Made by a program: the position numbers and the translations under genes | The notes under the pieces: generated by a model | Told to the model about the DNA's origin: nothing | The model's database searches: none | What the model saw: the letters and a program-made list of their open reading frames with translations, nothing else | Origin: a virus | Taxonomy: Duplodnaviria > Heunggongvirae > Uroviricota > Caudoviricetes | Strand: one strand, 5' to 3' | DNA length: 18,934 bases | IMG/VR virus record: IMGVR_UViG_2675903368_000002 | Shown here: positions 16,759-18,934 of the stretch, piece by piece | Layout of the letters: each line of letters starts with the position of its first letter | How positions within the stretch are numbered: the first letter of the stretch is position 1

Positions 16759-18170
16759 ATGGCTACGTGGCAACATGGTATTAATTCTGGTGGTTTTCTG
16801 GCTGGCATCGGTACGCAAAATGAGAATGCGCCAAAGGCAAGCGACATTAACGCAACGCTTGGTCTGATCCGCGAAAACAATGAGTTGGCTCGCTCAGGTG
16901 CAAATAACGTTGGTCTGACCGCGTTACGTGGTCTGGCTGGAGTTGCTGATATTTACAATCAGGAACAGCAACAGAAAGCGATTAGTGCGTTCAATAAGGT
17001 TCACGCTGATGCATGGGCTTCTGGTGATCCATCGGGACTATTTAAGTTTGCCCAGGAAAATCCAGCGTTTGTTGCACAGGCACAACAGGCGTTTTCTGGT
17101 CTTAATGATCAGCAACGCAACGATATGGGCGATTTAGCCATGAGGGCTAACGTCGCTCTTTCTCAGGGACCGGAAGCCTACAGTAAATTCATTACTGACA
17201 ACAAGGACAGGTTAAATCGCGTTGGTGCTAATGCTGACTGGATGATTCAGACAGGTATCCAGAATCCAGAGCAGCTATCACACATGCTGACTACTATGTC
17301 TCTCGGTGCGCTTGGACCAGAAAAGGCGTTTGCTGTTCAGGATAAGATGGCTGGTCGTGAAATTGACCGAGGCAGGCTGGCAGAGACAATCCGCAGCAAT
17401 CAGGCTGGTGAAGCACTTCAGGCGAGAGGGCAAAACCTTTCCTATCAGTCAGCAATGACTGGGCACAATATCGCAGCACAACGCTTGGCTCTGGATCAGC
17501 AAGAGTTCGGGTTTAAGATGCAGCAAGCGCAGGAAAAGGCTCAGCAGTTGATTAGTGAAGCACCTAAGCTGTCAGTAAACATGGAAAAAGGCATCGAGAC
17601 GGCTGTAAACAATGCCACAGCATCATCAAACTCAGCCAATTCTATGAGTGCGCTTGCTCAACAGTTCAGAGCAGAAAAACCAACGACAGGTTTGTTCGGT
17701 AACGCACAGAACATGTTCGCAAAACTTACCGGAAGCGATACGACATTGCGTGATTTGCGCATCCGCCAAAATGCCCTTGTTAACAGTCAGGTTCTTAAAT
17801 TCCTACCTCCCGGCCCAGCAACGGATAAAGACGTTGAGATCGTTCGGCAGGGTGCGCCAACTGACATGGATAACCCTGAGACGGTCGCAAGATGGCTTGA
17901 TGCAATGGCAAACCTTGAGCGACGAAACGCGCAGTTTAATGAGTTTAAAGCTGAGTGGATGAGCGCGAATGGCAATCCTGGACAATCGCGTAATGGCGGT
18001 CAGATATTGGGGTTGGATGTTAAAAAAGGTGAATCATTGGGGAGTGCCGTTAAGCGGTATATGTCATTGAATACTGACGCAGCGCCAGCACAAGATTCGA
18101 CACCTTCAGGAGAACCACGGAATCAGGTTGGATCATATACCTCAAAATCAGGCATTCAATTTACGGTGGA

Positions 18171-18174
<4 letters not shown>
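16759..18174 (+). CDS. Ejection (internal virion) protein, P22 gp20-type
   Basis: 471 aa, the same length as P22 gp20 as recalled; synteny; ATGA overlap with the next gene. Confidence 0.7.

Positions 18175-18934
<760 letters not shown>

Noticed and set aside
7080-17962. Alternate-frame + strand ORFs (7080..7376, 8878..9183, 9991..10200, 10321..10659, 13904..14113, 15385..15591, 16455..16784, 16928..17137, 17648..17962)
   Set aside because: Nested inside longer genes with clear family-level identity; compositionally odd (Arg/Ser/Cys-rich) as expected for out-of-frame translation; no Shine-Dalgarno sequences.

Overview
The window is a contiguous stretch of a lambdoid temperate phage or prophage of Enterobacteriaceae, with every credible gene on the + strand. 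Calls rest on reading the ORF translations and recognising protein families from memory; no database search was run. Left to right: the end of the nin region (ninE partial, ninF, ninG, Ser/Thr phosphatase), a Q antiterminator that is not the lambda allele, a late promoter with a nearby intrinsic terminator, an ~850 bp late leader, a lambda-type lysis cassette (S, R, Rz with embedded Rz1), a short accessory block (KilA-N-like protein plus two small ORFs), then a P22/Sf6-type packaging and head module (TerS, TerL, portal, scaffold, coat) followed by P22-order gp4, gp10, gp26, gp14, gp7, gp20 and gp16 homologues. Four things stand out. (1) A complete hammerhead self-cleaving ribozyme motif at 2434-2480 in the late leader, on the transcribed strand. 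(2) Leader rearrangements around it: a 19-bp direct repeat flanking a ~230 bp segment that contains a perfect 10-bp inverted repeat. (3) An HNH homing-endonuclease gene inserted after codon 31 of gp10, leaving a 34-codon 5' remnant and supplying a recoded replacement 5' end that restores a full-length gp10. (4) gp16 truncated at 213 aa where a probable insertion-sequence end begins. No tRNA, rRNA, CRISPR array or cos site was found.
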